64,000 nucleotides of DNA from Hamiltosporidium tvaerminnensis FI-OER-3-3. Lineage: Eukaryota > Fungi > Microsporidia. Positions 36,423 through 50,161 of the stretch are shown in pieces (positions within the stretch are counted from its first letter, which is position 1; every line of letters begins with the position of its first letter). The DNA is taken from positions 248,001-312,000 of the forward strand of contig CM061249.1 of the NCBI GenBank assembly GCA_022605425.2, written 5' to 3'. The notes below the pieces were generated by a model, which ran no database searches, was not told the DNA's origin, and saw only the letters and a program-made list of their open reading frames with translations. Both the position numbers and the translations under genes were made by a program.

Positions 36423-37463
36423 ATGATGAACTCAGAATCTTTTAAATGGTCAGTATTATTACAAAATATAGACAATATGTCAATAAAAACACTACAATAC
36501 ACACCAATGGGGTATGGATCAATACCAGAAAACAGAAAAATACAAGAATATATAAAAAATGGTGCAATAAATCTAGATAAGCCTTGTAATCCGAGTAGTC
36601 ACGAAGTAGTAACATGGATAAAAAATATTTTGAATGTCGAAAAAACTGGACATTCTGGTACTTTAGATCCATCAGTAAGTGGCTGTTTAATCGTGTGTAT
36701 CGATAAGGCCACACGTCTTGTCAAATCACAGCAATCAGATGGAAAAGAGTACGTGTGTGTTATTCAGTTCCACACAGAAACAACCGAAAAAGAATTTAAA
36801 AAAGTTTTAAAAAAATTGACCGGAAATTTATTTCAAAGGCCACCGTTAATGTGTGCAGTTAAAAGAAATTTACGACTTAGAAATATTTATAAAACCGAGT
36901 TTATAGATTTCGATAAGGAAAATAAAAAAGGACTTTTCAAAGTTTCTTGTGAAGCAGGAACATACATACGTACATTCTGTGTGCATGTTGGACTACTTTT
37001 AGGTTGTGGTGCACATATGTTAGAACTAAGAAGAACAAAAAGTGGTCTTTTAAATGAATCTACGTGCGTAACTCTCCACGATTTAAAAGATGCAATGCAT
37101 GTCTTCAAAAAAACAGGAGAAGAAAAATATATTAGAAAAGTTATTTTTCCATTGGAAAATTTATTAATTAAATATCCTAGAATTTTAGTTAAAGATAGTT
37201 GTGTTGGTTCTATCTGTCACGGCGCCCAACTTACTTTACCAGGTGTTTTAAGATTTGATAATAATATTGAAATTGGAACAGATGTTGTTATTATTACTAC
37301 CAAAGGTGAAGCTGTAGCTCTTGCAATATCAACAATGTCCAGTCCAGAAATACATATAGCAAATCATGGTGTGGTTTGTAAAACAAAAAGAGTTATTATG
37401 GATAAATCTACATATCCATCTCTATGGGGTAACAAAGATGATGTTTTTATGCTTTTTAATTAA
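36423..37463 (+). CDS. CBF5: H/ACA snoRNP pseudouridine synthase (dyskerin)
   Basis: INLDKPCNPSSHEV, KTGHSGTLDP, CEAGTYIRT and a PUA domain. Confidence 0.98.
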   Translation: MMNSESFKWSVLLQNIDNMSIKTLQYTPMGYGSIPENRKIQEYIKNGAINLDKPCNPSSHEVVTWIKNILNVEKTGHSGTLDPSVSGCLIVCIDKATRLVKSQQSDGKEYVCVIQFHTETTEKEFKKVLKKLTGNLFQRPPLMCAVKRNLRLRNIYKTEFIDFDKENKKGLFKVSCEAGTYIRTFCVHVGLLLGCGAHMLELRRTKSGLLNESTCVTLHDLKDAMHVFKKTGEEKYIRKVIFPLENLLIKYPRILVKDSCVGSICHGAQLTLPGVLRFDNNIEIGTDVVIITTKGEAVALAISTMSSPEIHIANHGVVCKTKRVIMDKSTYPSLWGNKDDVFMLFN

Positions 37464-38287
37464 TTAAATTAAAATATTTTTTTCTTATTTTAGTTCGTGT
37501 AAATTTTTTATATCTTTGAAAGAAAAATATATTTTATTTATTTATTCTTTAATATTTTAAATTATTTCTTAAATATTTTACTTGATAATAGCTTAGAGGA
37601 TTAGATAATTTTTCTTTAATATTTTATTTTATTCTTTAATATCTTAAATTATTTCTTAAATATTTTACTTGATAATAGGTTAGAGGATTAAATAATTTAT
37701 TCATTAATATTTTATTTTACCTGAAAATTTTCATTGAACCATATTTAATTTATTCTGAAATGTTTTTTAAAACTGTGATTAGTTCTATATTCGTAATAAT
37801 TTTTATTTTAATTTCTTTTTTTTTAGCTATTTTTAAATCCTTTTTATGATTAAATTTCAATTTTCAATCGATGATTTTATAATCTCAGTTACATTAATTG
37901 AAAATTCAAAGTTTAATATAACCGACTTCCTGATTTGCTGATTAATAAAATATTTGTGTTTTTTCCTTTTTGTGTGAGATTTATATTTATATTTAAATTT
38001 ACTTTTCTATGTCTCATCAAAATTAAATTTCGTTTTAAACTATCTTCCCTGATAGAAAGAAAACTATATAATTGTTTTTTTAAGTACTATAGACTGAATA
38101 TATGCCTCTATTCTTACTGATACCATAATATGTATCAATAAATCTGTAATATTTTGTAACAATACCATCCCAAGTTATTCCACAAGAAATTTTTTTGACT
38201 TTTCGTTTTTATGAAGGGGATTAAAAAAAAATTAAATAAATTAATTTTGAAACAAAAAAATATTTGTAAAAATCCGTTGCCCTTAAA

Positions 38288-39094
38288 ATGTTTGAATTAA
38301 AAATTACACAAGCAGCTGATGATAAGACTGTAGTTGGTGGTCGAGGAAATTTAGTAAAAAGAGTTTTAGAAAGTCTTGCTGATTTGGTAGATGATGTAGA
38401 ATTTAAAGTAAGTGACAAAGGTATGTGTATACAAACTATGGATTCTATGCATGTGGCTCTAGCTGATATATTTCTAAGTAGAGATATTTTTGAGAGTTAC
38501 CGATGTGACCGCAGTCTTACGCTTGGAATCAAATTAAAAGAATTTTTAAAAATTTTACGGAACATAAAAATGGAGAACAATAGTACATTCATGATGTATT
38601 GTGATGATGATGCTACCAAACTTATAATTGTCAATGAATGTGAAGGATTTACTTTACATTTTAATCTTAAGTTATTTGATTTTGAAATTGAGTCATATAA
38701 TATGTCTGATGTGCAATACGAAGCAGAAATTGAAATGCCAACTTCTAGATTTCTGTTACTTCCTAAAATTGTTGGTACTTTTGCTGAATATATTGTTTTT
38801 GAAGCAGACAAAGATAAAATTAGCTTTTCTCAAAGTGGAGAAATGACAGAATCTTGTTTGACTTTAAAACCTCATCAGTTTACAGAATCAGAATCTAATA
38901 GCTTTAGTGTGACCAGTCATGTTAAAAAAGAAGTTGCAATGAAATATTTAAATTGCTGTGCTAAATCAGCTTCTCTTTGTGAAAGAGTTAAAATTTCTTT
39001 GGGTAATCGAACCCCTGTTTTTCTTGATTTTTCGTTGGGTGATTTGGGATATATAAGATATTATATTGCACCCAAAGATGACAGTGAAGATTAA
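38288..39094 (+). CDS. PCNA: Proliferating cell nuclear antigen
   Basis: QTMDSMHVAL, FESYRCDR..LG, GYIRYYIAPK. CCC lies 5 nt before the ATG. Confidence 0.97.
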   Translation: MFELKITQAADDKTVVGGRGNLVKRVLESLADLVDDVEFKVSDKGMCIQTMDSMHVALADIFLSRDIFESYRCDRSLTLGIKLKEFLKILRNIKMENNSTFMMYCDDDATKLIIVNECEGFTLHFNLKLFDFEIESYNMSDVQYEAEIEMPTSRFLLLPKIVGTFAEYIVFEADKDKISFSQSGEMTESCLTLKPHQFTESESNSFSVTSHVKKEVAMKYLNCCAKSASLCERVKISLGNRTPVFLDFSLGDLGYIRYYIAPKDDSED

Positions 39095-39949
39095 ACGAGT
39101 TTTTTATTTTTAAATTATTTTTGATTTTCTATTTTTAATTTGTAATTTTCTATTTTTTTAATGAAAATGAGATTTAAATATAAATCTTGGTTTGAATTTT
39201 TAAATAAATAGTCTCATGTTTGTTAAAAAAACGAACTTTTTTAAAAAAATGAAATCCAATATAAATCTTAGTCAAAATTTTTAAATAAATAGTCTCATGT
39301 TTCTTAAAAAATGAAATCCAATATAAATTTTAGTCAAAATTTTTAACTAGTTAGTCTCATGTTTGTTAAAAAATGCACATTTTGATGAAAAATAAATTGA
39401 ATTCTAGAATTAGAAAAAATAATTTTATGAAAAAAATATCAAAACATTACACACAGTGCCTCTATATATCGCATTTGAATCGTATTTATTAATCGTGATA
39501 AAAAAAATAAAGCTAAATTCATTGTTTATAAGTCAAATAATCTTGTCTTTTAAGCACATGCCATTTATTTGCAAGCTTTTAATACATTTTTAGTCTTCTC
39601 TTAGACATGATATAAACATGCATTGTCACTATTAAACTCTCAATATATGATTCAATAAATAAAATAAATAATAAAAACATTTCTCAAGTTACATTTATAA
39701 ATTTTTTTTTCATGAAACTGTTTAAATCTCAAAGTTAATTTAAAAAAATGTGGTTCCTCTTAAATGACTTGAGACATTTACTGTATAGACTATCACAGGC
39801 TTTTTTTACAGAAGAAGCGAAATGTAGGAAGTTTCTGGATACTCGGTTGAAAGTATTGTAATTTCCGGCTGTCGGTGTGGTTCTATTACTAGTGCTAAAT
39901 GACGCTACGGCTCTTAGAGAGCCCAGCCCTCCTTGCTGGATTACATCTA

Positions 39950-41450
39950 CTGTTCATCAAATAAGTTTTATGGATTTGTATTACTCTATCAAAACCATTC
40001 TGGTATTCTAATGCAATGATAACGTCTTTCCTTCTATTCTCTAATCCAATCATGAAGTTCTTTTATTTTTATAAAGATGTGATAAATACGCTCTAATTTG
40101 AGCATAACTTTCTCATCAGACTTCTCATCATACTCTAACTGATTTGGCATTTTTTTTCGATTTTAAAGCCAGCAAGTTCCATCAAATCTTCCTCATTTTA
40201 AAAATATAAAGTCTTCAGTGGCTCCAATGCTTATCACAGATGATTCTATAAATTCTTTCTTAGAAGCAACTAAACCAGTTTCACTGTTTTATCTACAAAC
40301 AATCTAGACTTCTTGTGGAGTAAATTTTCAGATAACTGGATACTTTGCGGGCCATAAATACTTCCAAAAGGTCATTATTATTTCCAATTTCATATTTTTC
40401 AAAACAGGCTGGAGTCTTCATAACTAATTTCGAGGGTATAAATTTGCCGGACTCTTTACAAAAGAAGTTTTTAATATGATTCATCCTCTCGATGATTGTG
40501 TTTTGCTGTGCAGGAGATATAGAGAGCTTTAAAAGCTTGAACAATATCTTGATCAATATATTTATTCGGCTAACAGGAAGCAGGTAAAGAAATTCGATTT
40601 CGAACCTTCTTAAGATAAGTCTTGCTCGTGACCCCCTGCATTGTTTATAAGAAGAGGTATTTGAAATTTGGTTTTATTCACCTCGAAATACAAGTTGATT
40701 CGAAGAATGAAACATTCGTGGAATCATTTCAAAGTTTCCTTTTTCGTGTCTCAATCTTTGTTGATGCATCAAACGCGCTTGTAGCAAGTTCTTGTTTTTA
40801 GGTGATAAGAATCTTGTCTTGTAGGTAAGAATCGACTTAAGAAAAAATATCTTTCCATTTCCACAACTAATTAGCAAACGCGATACGTAAATACTTTTAC
40901 CCACGGATTTCTGTTTCATCTTTAAAAATATTTGTTCGGGATGGCATTTTTTCTGAATTGCTTTGTTTAGTTCACTAAAAAACCTCTAATCAAGATGATA
41001 CTTTCCCTTCGAAAGAATCTTTTGGAAAGTATTTACAATTAGTTGGATGATGTACGCTAATTAGCATAAGCAGCTTCGTATAAGACGAAAATCATTCGTT
41101 CATACTTTTTCTAGAAATTATTAGAAACTACGCTTGCTCTAAATAAAATTTTTAGACCTTGCGTAATAACATTCTAGTTAAAGTTTGTAAATAAAAACTA
41201 CTGAATTAACCGCATCTTAGTCTTTTAAATTACTATCAGTTTTAATGGAAAGTTTTTCTTTCGACTCGCCTTAATCCAAGCAGGAGAAAAAACTGTTTTT
41301 AGAATAAACTGCTTATGGCATGTCAGTATTCGCTTTGAGTACTTGTTACGAGTAAATTTAGGCTAAACGTTTTTTTTCTTTTGTACATATGAAGCGATCT
41401 AAAGCTCATTCGAGTCAAAATGACTTACAGCTTAACGATTTTCTCGCCCT
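39950..41450 (-). mobile_element. Decayed pogo/Tigger-like transposase; boundaries approximate
   Basis: Ordered minus-strand relics: HPEQIF-DET (~40920), LLINNAGGH (~40640, cf. LLDNAGGH), DQDIVQAFKALY (~40540). Confidence 0.75.
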
Positions 41451-41822
41451 CTTTGATTTATCAAAAGTTTTTATATTCGTCTAAAGGTTATGTAACCTCA
41501 CCTTAAGATGAATATATTTTTAGAGGGCTCAGAAAAAAAAGCTTGTTTAGCAACGAACATAGAACTTGGATTTAATTTCTTAGAAATTGCAAACAGTAAA
41601 AAATGCAATTCTGAATCACAATGCAGAATAGAGGCGTGTATATAAAGAAAGGAAGTGAATACTGTCATTCAGTAGCAAAAATTTAAAAACAGCTATTCAT
41701 TACCAAAAAAAAGAAAATATAAAAACGGGCAAAAATACAAAGCACTCAAGCTAAGACAATTTATTGCATTCAACCAATCAAATTTTTATAAAATATATTT
41801 ATTATAATTTATTAAATCCATA

Positions 41823-42119
41823 CTAATATAAACCAGCAGCCATTTCCGCATCTTTCTGTGTGTGCTGTATTTCTTTTAGCATTTTAACTCTTCGTTTATG
41901 TGTTGTCGTTTTTTTATGTGCCATAAAATCTCTTTCGGTATTTAAATTTCTCGAGCATTCAATACAGTAATAAATGTTTTCATTTAGTTCAGTTGTGTTG
42001 TTTTTAATGTCTTTTTGTATCTGATCTAAACTCTTAGTACCATAAATTGTCTCAAATTTCTTGTTTTGACGATATTTTGTAATTGTCTTCTTGGTTTTGC
42101 TTTTGTTAAATCTTGTCAT
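41823..42119 (-). CDS. BUD20: Bud20/ZNF593 zinc-finger ribosome biogenesis factor
   Basis: LDQI..D, YYCIECSR, HKKTTTHKRRVKMLKE..HTQKDAEMAAG. Confidence 0.92.
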   Translation of the reverse strand: MTRFNKSKTKKTITKYRQNKKFETIYGTKSLDQIQKDIKNNTTELNENIYYCIECSRNLNTERDFMAHKKTTTHKRRVKMLKEIQHTQKDAEMAAGLY

Positions 42120-42493
42120 TTTTAGATGAAGAATGTAAAAAAAATTATATTCGAGAAATAAAAGAATTGATTTTTAAGAAAAAAATGATAGAAATTATTT
42201 AAAGAATCATTTTCATATCAGAGAAAGTCAAAAATAAATTCGTTAATAGAAAATATTAGAAAATATTTAAAAAATAATTTTTGTATTAGAGAAATAGAAG
42301 AAATAATTCTTTAATAGAAAATTTAGAAAAAAAATTTTGTATTAGAGAAAGTCAAAAATATATTGTATCAGTAAATAAATATTAGAAAATATTTAAGAAT
42401 AAAGTACAAAACTAAATAATTTAATTGAAATTTATAAAAAAAAAGCATTTGTGCCACTAAATTGTATTACAGGATATAAAAATAATTTTCTTT

Positions 42494-42700
42494 AAAATTT
42501 TTCGGTTTTTAAATTTAATTAAATAATAAAATTTTTCAGTTTTTAAATTTAATTAAATAATAAATTTTTTGGGTTTTTAAATTTAATTAAATAATAAATT
42601 TTTCGGTTTTTAAATTTAATTAAATAATAAAATTTTTCAGTTTTTAAATTTAATTAAATAATAAAATTTTTCGGTTTTTAAATTTAATTAAATAATAAAA
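42494..42700. repeat. About 33-34-bp tandem repeat, about 6 copies
   Basis: AAAATTTTTCGGTTTTTAAATTTAATTAAATAAT units. Confidence 0.85.
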
Positions 42701-43731
42701 TAAATCTAATCGCATATTTTTCTTTCTTGCTTCTACATGCATTTGTTTTTGCTTAATTGCCACTTAAATTTGAACTGTCTTTTAATTTTGACGGAATTTG
42801 GAATAAATCTTTGATTCTTATACTTTAATTCCTAATAAAAACTAAAATATTTTTCATATTTTTTTATCTACCACTTCCTTTTTCTTTAAAATGTATTTAT
42901 GATAATTTGCGTATTACTAATTCAAATTCAAATTTTTATGAAAAAATTCGATGTATTTCATTATTTTTGTATGTATTTGGTCTCGAATTCACATTTTATT
43001 ATTTGATAGTAAAACTCTAATTTTTTTTATGTTGGATCTTATTTCTATTACAAATTTAAAAATTATTATTTGATTATTTTTGCAAACAATGATGAATAAC
43101 TCGAATTATCTCTGAACATATTATTTGAAAAATACATATAACGACACTTGTTTCTATTTAGTCATATATTTTTAGTTTATAACCAAAACTTTACACATGT
43201 ATTGAATGACAAATTATTGTTATCCAACTATATATCTCATATAGTTTTTATTAATTTTAAGGATGACAAGTTATAAAATATTTTTTTTTTTCACATTTTT
43301 TTTCCATTTTTTTCCAAACTGATCTTTTTAAGAATTTTAAATTTACTTTATAAAGAACTTGTTGGTTTTTTTATTTTTTTTTGATTTAAATGAATAAAAA
43401 TTTCAATCAAATATCTTTCAAATTAAAATAAAATATATAAACTTCAATTAGATTCAATGAATAAAAAATTTCAATCAAATATCTTTCAAATTAAAATAAA
43501 ATATATAAACTTTAAACATATTCAATCAATGAAAATAAATGAAATTTAAATTTTATTAAATTTAAACCAATAAAATTAATCTTAAAAATTTTAAAATAAT
43601 AAAAATATTTATTATTGTGGATATGATTTGATTTATTTTAATATATCTTTATTCATCAAATGACTTGATATGATAACATAACACTTAAAAAAAAATCTCC
43701 TTTTATTTAATTGGAAAATTTGACCCCGTAG

Positions 43732-44823
43732 ATGACTCAAAGAAAACAGAAATTGGTTTTGTTAACACTGATAACTTTATTATCGTTTTTTTCTGGTTTT
43801 TTAACTGGTTTTTTGGTACATGAAAATTATTTTAACGATTCGAATTCACCAAAAGACTTATCAAACGAAGAAACTGATACTTTCGAATTTATAGACGAAA
43901 CAAAAGATAAGGAAATAAAATCTATCAGAGAAAATGCCGACATTTGTCCATTAAAAAATAGTGGTGTAATGTGCTATTTCAATTCTTTGATACAGTGTAT
44001 GTATTCGTTAAAAGAATTGAAAAATATTTTTTTAAGCGAAGATTCTTCGAATGCTAATTCTGGAGTAAAAAAAATATTTAAAGATTTGTTCATAAAAATG
44101 GGTAAAAAAGACTTATCAATAGACACCAAAAATATTATACAAAATATTTTGGCTATAAATTCTTCACAAGAATTCAAGAATATTAATAAACACCAAGATA
44201 TTCATGCATTATACGTTTTTTTAATAGACAACTGTTTATTCAATGGCAATTCTATTAACGAAATTGATTCAAAAGAAAAATTTGATGAAGCTGCAAAAGA
44301 TTCAAATATATCTAAATTGTATTTGTGTTTAGAAAAGACCCACTATTTTGTGGCAGAGAATAGAACTTCAACTAAGTTTGAAATTTGGAATGCGATTATT
44401 GCTTGTGCAAAGATATTTGATTATCAAATGATAATTGATCAATATTTTAAAAAAGAATATATAACAGAAGAAAGTGCAGAAAACAAGAATGTACTAGTGA
44501 ATATAGAAATAGAAGCTAAAATGATTAGATTTCCAAATGTTTTGGTGGTTCATTCTTTTTGTTATAGCGAGGATTTTTTCTTCCCCGCTGACATCAAAGA
44601 TATCAAAATAGAAAATGAAAAATATAGTTTGGTTTCTGCCGGCTGCCACGCTGGAAACACAGAGTCGGGTCATTATATTACAATAAGAAGAGTCAAAGGC
44701 AATATATGGGCTATAATTAACGATAATTCTATCAGTTACTATAAAACAAGGAATGTACTTAATTTTTTGCGAAAACACAGATTTAAACCGACTTTGGCAT
44801 TTTTTGAAAAAATTAAGGTATAA
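43732..44823 (+). CDS. Ubiquitin-specific protease (C19/USP) with an N-terminal signal or membrane anchor
   Basis: Cys box LKNSGVMCYFNSLIQC, HQD, His box HAGNTESGHY, INDN. Residues 8-30 are hydrophobic. CCCC lies 4 nt before the ATG. Confidence 0.9.
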   Translation: MTQRKQKLVLLTLITLLSFFSGFLTGFLVHENYFNDSNSPKDLSNEETDTFEFIDETKDKEIKSIRENADICPLKNSGVMCYFNSLIQCMYSLKELKNIFLSEDSSNANSGVKKIFKDLFIKMGKKDLSIDTKNIIQNILAINSSQEFKNINKHQDIHALYVFLIDNCLFNGNSINEIDSKEKFDEAAKDSNISKLYLCLEKTHYFVAENRTSTKFEIWNAIIACAKIFDYQMIIDQYFKKEYITEESAENKNVLVNIEIEAKMIRFPNVLVVHSFCYSEDFFFPADIKDIKIENEKYSLVSAGCHAGNTESGHYITIRRVKGNIWAIINDNSISYYKTRNVLNFLRKHRFKPTLAFFEKIKV

Positions 44824-46852
44824 AAATATGATAAAAAAAACCATTAAAGTTCTTTTCTGAACCAAAAATAAATTATTTTTTCTGGTATTTATAACAGTTA
44901 AACAGAATAATATTTTGTTTTTTAGCTTTTCTACTTTGGTGTAAAACGCAATCTAATTTTATATCTTGGCTTCGCCAATTTTTTTTACCAATGACTTCTT
45001 ATAAATCATATTTTGTTTTGTTTGTCAATCTGGAGTAAACAACGTTTTTAAGAAATTAAAAGATTTTCTCAAACAAGAAAATAGCCCTGATATCATGATT
45101 TAAAAGTTATTAATCTTTAAAAAACCACCAAGAGAAATTTTTTTTAGCATTTTTAATTATGGGCTATTACAGTATTGTGGTTTTGGCTGTTGTTTTCTTA
45201 GTTTTAGCGTTCTAATATAGTTTAATTTTTTAATGTTTTAAATCGAAATTTTATATTGCTATTTAAAACTATAGGCATGGTGCTTTACGGTTTAAATTCT
45301 TTATTTATGATTTTAACTTATAAATCGAAATTTTAAAGATTATTATAAACTATAGGCTTGGTACTTTACGGTTTAAATTCTTTATTTATGATTTTAACTT
45401 ACAAATTGGTGTTTTAATGTATAAATAAGTCTTTTTTATACAACCGTACTTGTTTTATGACATTAGAACGTAAATTTTATTATTTTTTAGAATTTTTATC
45501 TCACGATTTTTTTAAAATTATTTTTGACTGCCTTTTTGATTGTATTTTTCTATTCTTCTAATAAACTTTAAAATTTTGTAAAACTATTTGGTATTCTTTA
45601 ATGTTTGCTTAGAAGATATTAAATTTTATATTATTTTTACATTATAGGTTCAAACAAGACTAAATACACATGTCATACTCAGTACGGTTTTTAGTTTCAA
45701 ATAAAATTTAATAAATAAGCATCACGTAATATTTTTTTTGCCATTACAGTTTTTAGAAAGTAATCATAATCACCTTAATGCGTTTTTACATTTCGATTTT
45801 TAATTTTAATGGACAAAATTAATGTCTCTTTAAGTAAAATTCAGAAGAAGGTTAGTTAATTTTAAATTAAAAATTTCTATTAAATCTTTTATCAACGAAA
45901 AACTGCTAGCCTTTGTATTTCATAAATTTGAACATGTTCATCCTATAGCTTTACTTTGAAAGTACATTTCAATCCTAAATATAACAGAACATAACAAAAA
46001 ATTTTTATAGCAATATTTTCGTTCTTCAATCGCGTGAATAAAATTTCTTGCCTCGAAAAAATCTTTTTTTTTAATTGCAAAAGTCTAAATTTAATAATTT
46101 ATAAATATTTCGTTTGTGACTAAAAAATCTTGACTTATCAAATTATAATGTTGTAACAGTGGATATTCTCTACCTTAAATTTGGGGATGATATATTTTAC
46201 TCAAAGAAATATTTTTATTATGATGTCTCCGCCGTTATCGAAATACCTATAGTCTGGTAGTTCTTTGAATAAGTACAGAGGCTATTAGATAATGCATCAG
46301 ATTTTAAATATATAAGTGAAGTATTTGGCCTCGATCAATAGTTATATTCGTGATTTATATCTTAAATTATAACTATATTGTTTGTAAAAGAAAACAGTTC
46401 AGAGCGATTGTCTTACCTAAAAAGAAATGGTTACATGATTTAAAATATTATTTTAGGATAATTAATTTTGAAAATTGTATTTCTTATTTGTATAGCAATG
46501 TATTTTCTTAAACAATATAAGCCAATAAAATTTTTATGCATCAAAGATCTGGTTGTCCATATATCATAGCTTACTTCCATCAAGCCAATTCTATCATATT
46601 TGAGATACTCTTCATCCTTCATATATAGGTTTTGGTGTTGGCCAATATTAACCCCCAAACGAAAAAGCTCAAAAAAAACCTGCAATTTGACGAAGCTTCA
46701 GTCACCTGTTTTTTGATCTACTCTATACGAAAAGAAACAAGCTAGAATAAACATAAATTTGCACCGCCTGATATAAAATTTTCGGTTTAACTTCCTTAAA
46801 TTAACTTTTACATCTGTTAAGTATATTTTTTTTATTTCTAAAGAAGCAGTCC

Positions 46853-47568
46853 CTTCATTTTGAAATATCACATCTTCTTAAAACAATGAAATTGTTACAT
46901 TTGTTTCATAACATTAACAAAGTTCTAGGGTTAACATAAATACTATCCCCAACACACCATCGATACCATCTATGATACCTAAATTTCAAAGCTTTTCCTT
47001 CAGAAAGTGTTTAAAACCGTAAAAAAAGGCAAGTCAGCTGCCCGGTTTTGTTAATACTAGTTACATGGTGTGTAATCGAAGACCGAGCTCATTCAACTTC
47101 CCCCAAGACTATGCAGCATTCCTACTATCTCTACACTCACCTAACCCGATACACTTCTAGCTAAGAAATATTTCAGAGACTTACATGGTGCCACATAGAC
47201 TGTGCAATGTCATACTCAGAAGTATAATCTGCTATTTAGCTCGCGGCTTTTAATGATTTTTATTTTATATCTCCAAGTCGCTAAGTCTTCTAACTCGATT
47301 GAGTAAGGCCAAGTTTCCATGCTTTTAGATAGCAATTACCTACATGTTCAGCTGCGGTCTACAATCTGGTTAGATAAAAAACTATAATAAATTTGTAGAA
47401 AAAGTTTCTCGATTTCTTAGACCACACCTCCTCATAACAACTCCAATGGAACAACCAAAGATAAAGTGTAGTTTTATTCACACCAAAAATCCAAATAATG
47501 ACTTTAAATTCAATTTCATCTATTAATTGTCAAGCACATAGTTTTTGATGTGGATATACTCCCTCCAC
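46853..47568 (-). mobile_element. ~735-bp SINE-like element, diverged full copy
   Basis: The reverse complement starts GTGGAGGGAG and is colinear through TTAGAAGACTTAG, GCTGCATAGTCTTGGGG and AAGATGTGATATTT. Confidence 0.88.
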
Positions 47569-49074
47569 CTTATGTTTCATTAAATATTTATATACATTTA
47601 TATAATGTAATTACTTTTATATTTAGTCCCACGCAAAATACTTTATTCCGATTAATTTATTCAAAATTTAAGTAGTTAACCTTAATTAATTCAAAAGTCA
47701 ATCTTTGTTTTATAACAGACTTTAAAAGCTTCAAAAATACCGAGATTCAGAATCATATAAAAACACTTTTAAACGTATATGATACTTCTGAGATAAAAGA
47801 GCACAAATATTAAAAATTATTTGCTTGAAAATGAGTCTGTGAAAATAATTGTTTAGATTTTAAGAGATATAAACCACATTTTTCTATAGAACAATACCCT
47901 TTAATCATGAGTTACAACATATTAAAAAAAATAAAGGTTATCTCAAGAACCAATAATCTGGTTTGGAATTAGGATTGAGACTGGTGGAACATAAGAGTAA
48001 TTATTCTACGGAGTAAATAGAAGAACCCGTATATCTTTTGAGTGATAAAACTCCTTAAAATTGACTTCATCTGAAAGATACATTAACCCAGGAAATGATA
48101 GGACAGTGACCAGATACAGGCTACTTTAGTGTTTCACCTGTTAAACCTAAATATTGAGCAGGGAAAGGACTTAAATAAGCAAGTAAACCAGTGTTCATAT
48201 TTCCAGTTCCTAATATCCTTTAGAATTTCCCATTTTTGGAATTTATTAAATAGAAGACAGCGCATTTTTTTAAGGCTAATTATATATTTCTTGGGAGGGG
48301 GATGCGGATGTGGGTCATAGAAATCGACTTTGCAGCGTAAAAAAGTATTTTGTTGTGAATATTCTAATTAAGGTAGAATTGTTTCGAATTTCATATATTT
48401 TACGATATTGACATTTCCCTTCATCATTCGAATACATTTTACTCATATAAACAAAATTCAATAGGCTTACCATTTGTTGATTCATTCTTAGAACATTCAA
48501 AGCCATTATTCTTTATGCCCCTAAAATAATATTTTTAATATTTTATTTTTTTAAACTTCGGATTTATCATTTTTATTAAATATGAAAAACGATTTTTTCT
48601 TTATTTATTTGTGTTTATTTTAAAAATACTAAATATTTTGCTCAAACACGAATTAAAAAAATATGATAACATATGAAATTTAAATAAACTTTTTTTCCGT
48701 TTCAAAACAAAAGTTTTTTTACCGATTCACAAAGTATTATTTTTCTTTACTTTCTATTTTTCAAAATTTCATATTTTTTAATTCTTGAAATATTTTTCAC
48801 ACTTTTAATTTTAAAATCATGTAAAATAAATCTTTATTAAGCAAAATCACACTAAAAAAACGATTGGATTTAATTTTGCCATATAAAAGGAAAAAAAATT
48901 ACATGGGTTTGCAAAAAAAATTTTTCTTTTTGATAAATAATCTGCTAATCTAACACCTATTGATTTATGTCAAAAAAAAAAATTTAAAAATTTTTAAAAA
49001 AATGCTATCAATAAATCTTTAATTAGCAGATTATTTATCAAAAAGAAAAATTTTTTTTGCAAACCCATTTGAAA

Positions 49075-49968
49075 ATGAGAAAAAATACATCGAAAAACAA
49101 AAATCTACCAACTACCACTTTCTATAAAAAATATATTCATACAAAACACATGTATATAAAAATAATAATTGTAATATTTTTAATTATATTTGAAATATTT
49201 TTTATATTTTTTGTCATTCAAAACAAAATAATCTATAAAAGTTTTTTATCTACCGGAGAAATCAAAATAGGAGAGACTATGACATTGGTTACTTCAGATA
49301 ACCAATCAATAGATGTTCATTTTATTGATAACAATAGTGACACAGATATTTATTTTTTTCATGGTGCTATTATGAAACCGAAGGTTCATAATAAAATATG
49401 TAATAAACTAACCAAAAATAATAAATTTAATATTTTTGCATTAATTTATAGAGGATATAGCAATCTGTATAAAAATGCATCTTCTTCTGAAATAGGAATA
49501 ATGTTAGATATTAAAACTTTCCATGATTATATTTCTAAAAATAGAAATACATCAAAAAAAATAATTATTGGTCATTCACTTGGATGCGCAGCATCTCTTT
49601 ATTTTTTATCTTTATTTAATTCTACGGAACAATTTCTTTGTGTTTTAGAAAATCCATTTTATTCGTTTAAAACAGTTTTATATGAAAAATGGTACCACGC
49701 ATTCATCAGTTTTTTAGTCGTTTCAGATTGGCCAAATTATTTAAGAATTGAAAAAATTAATAAAGAAAACTGTAAATTTCTATTTATTATCTCTGGTAAA
49801 GATGAGTATATTAGCAATAAAAACACAGAAAAACTACTCAATCATTTAAAAAATAATTCATATGAAAAATTTTTCATGGAAAACGCCACACATTTTGATT
49901 GTGGAAAATATGAAGAATATTATGAAACTATATTCACTTTTATAGAAAAAAATTTATATTTTTTGTAA
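49075..49968 (+). CDS. Alpha/beta hydrolase, ABHD13/Bem46-like
   Basis: N-terminal TM segment, YFFHG, YRGY, nucleophile GHSLG, LENPF, SGKDE, H. The first ATG follows CCC. Confidence 0.88.
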   Translation: MRKNTSKNKNLPTTTFYKKYIHTKHMYIKIIIVIFLIIFEIFFIFFVIQNKIIYKSFLSTGEIKIGETMTLVTSDNQSIDVHFIDNNSDTDIYFFHGAIMKPKVHNKICNKLTKNNKFNIFALIYRGYSNLYKNASSSEIGIMLDIKTFHDYISKNRNTSKKIIIGHSLGCAASLYFLSLFNSTEQFLCVLENPFYSFKTVLYEKWYHAFISFLVVSDWPNYLRIEKINKENCKFLFIISGKDEYISNKNTEKLLNHLKNNSYEKFFMENATHFDCGKYEEYYETIFTFIEKNLYFL

Positions 49969-50161
49969 GATTTTTCAATTAAATAAATAGAAGATAAGAT
50001 AAGATTTATAATCATAATAACATTTCATAAGTCTAAATTTATACATTTATGAAATAAATATTACTTTTATTTTCTATCTCTTTAATATTGTTAAAATTTT
50101 ATATTTATTTTATATCTCTTTAATATTTTATTTTCCTTAATATTTATGTCTAACTTATCTT

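Noticed and set aside
39920-39950. CCCAGCCCTCCTTGCTGG, similar to the HDV ribozyme P3/L3
   Set aside because: No downstream GG (P1.1), P4, catalytic C-containing J4/2 or P2 partner is visible.
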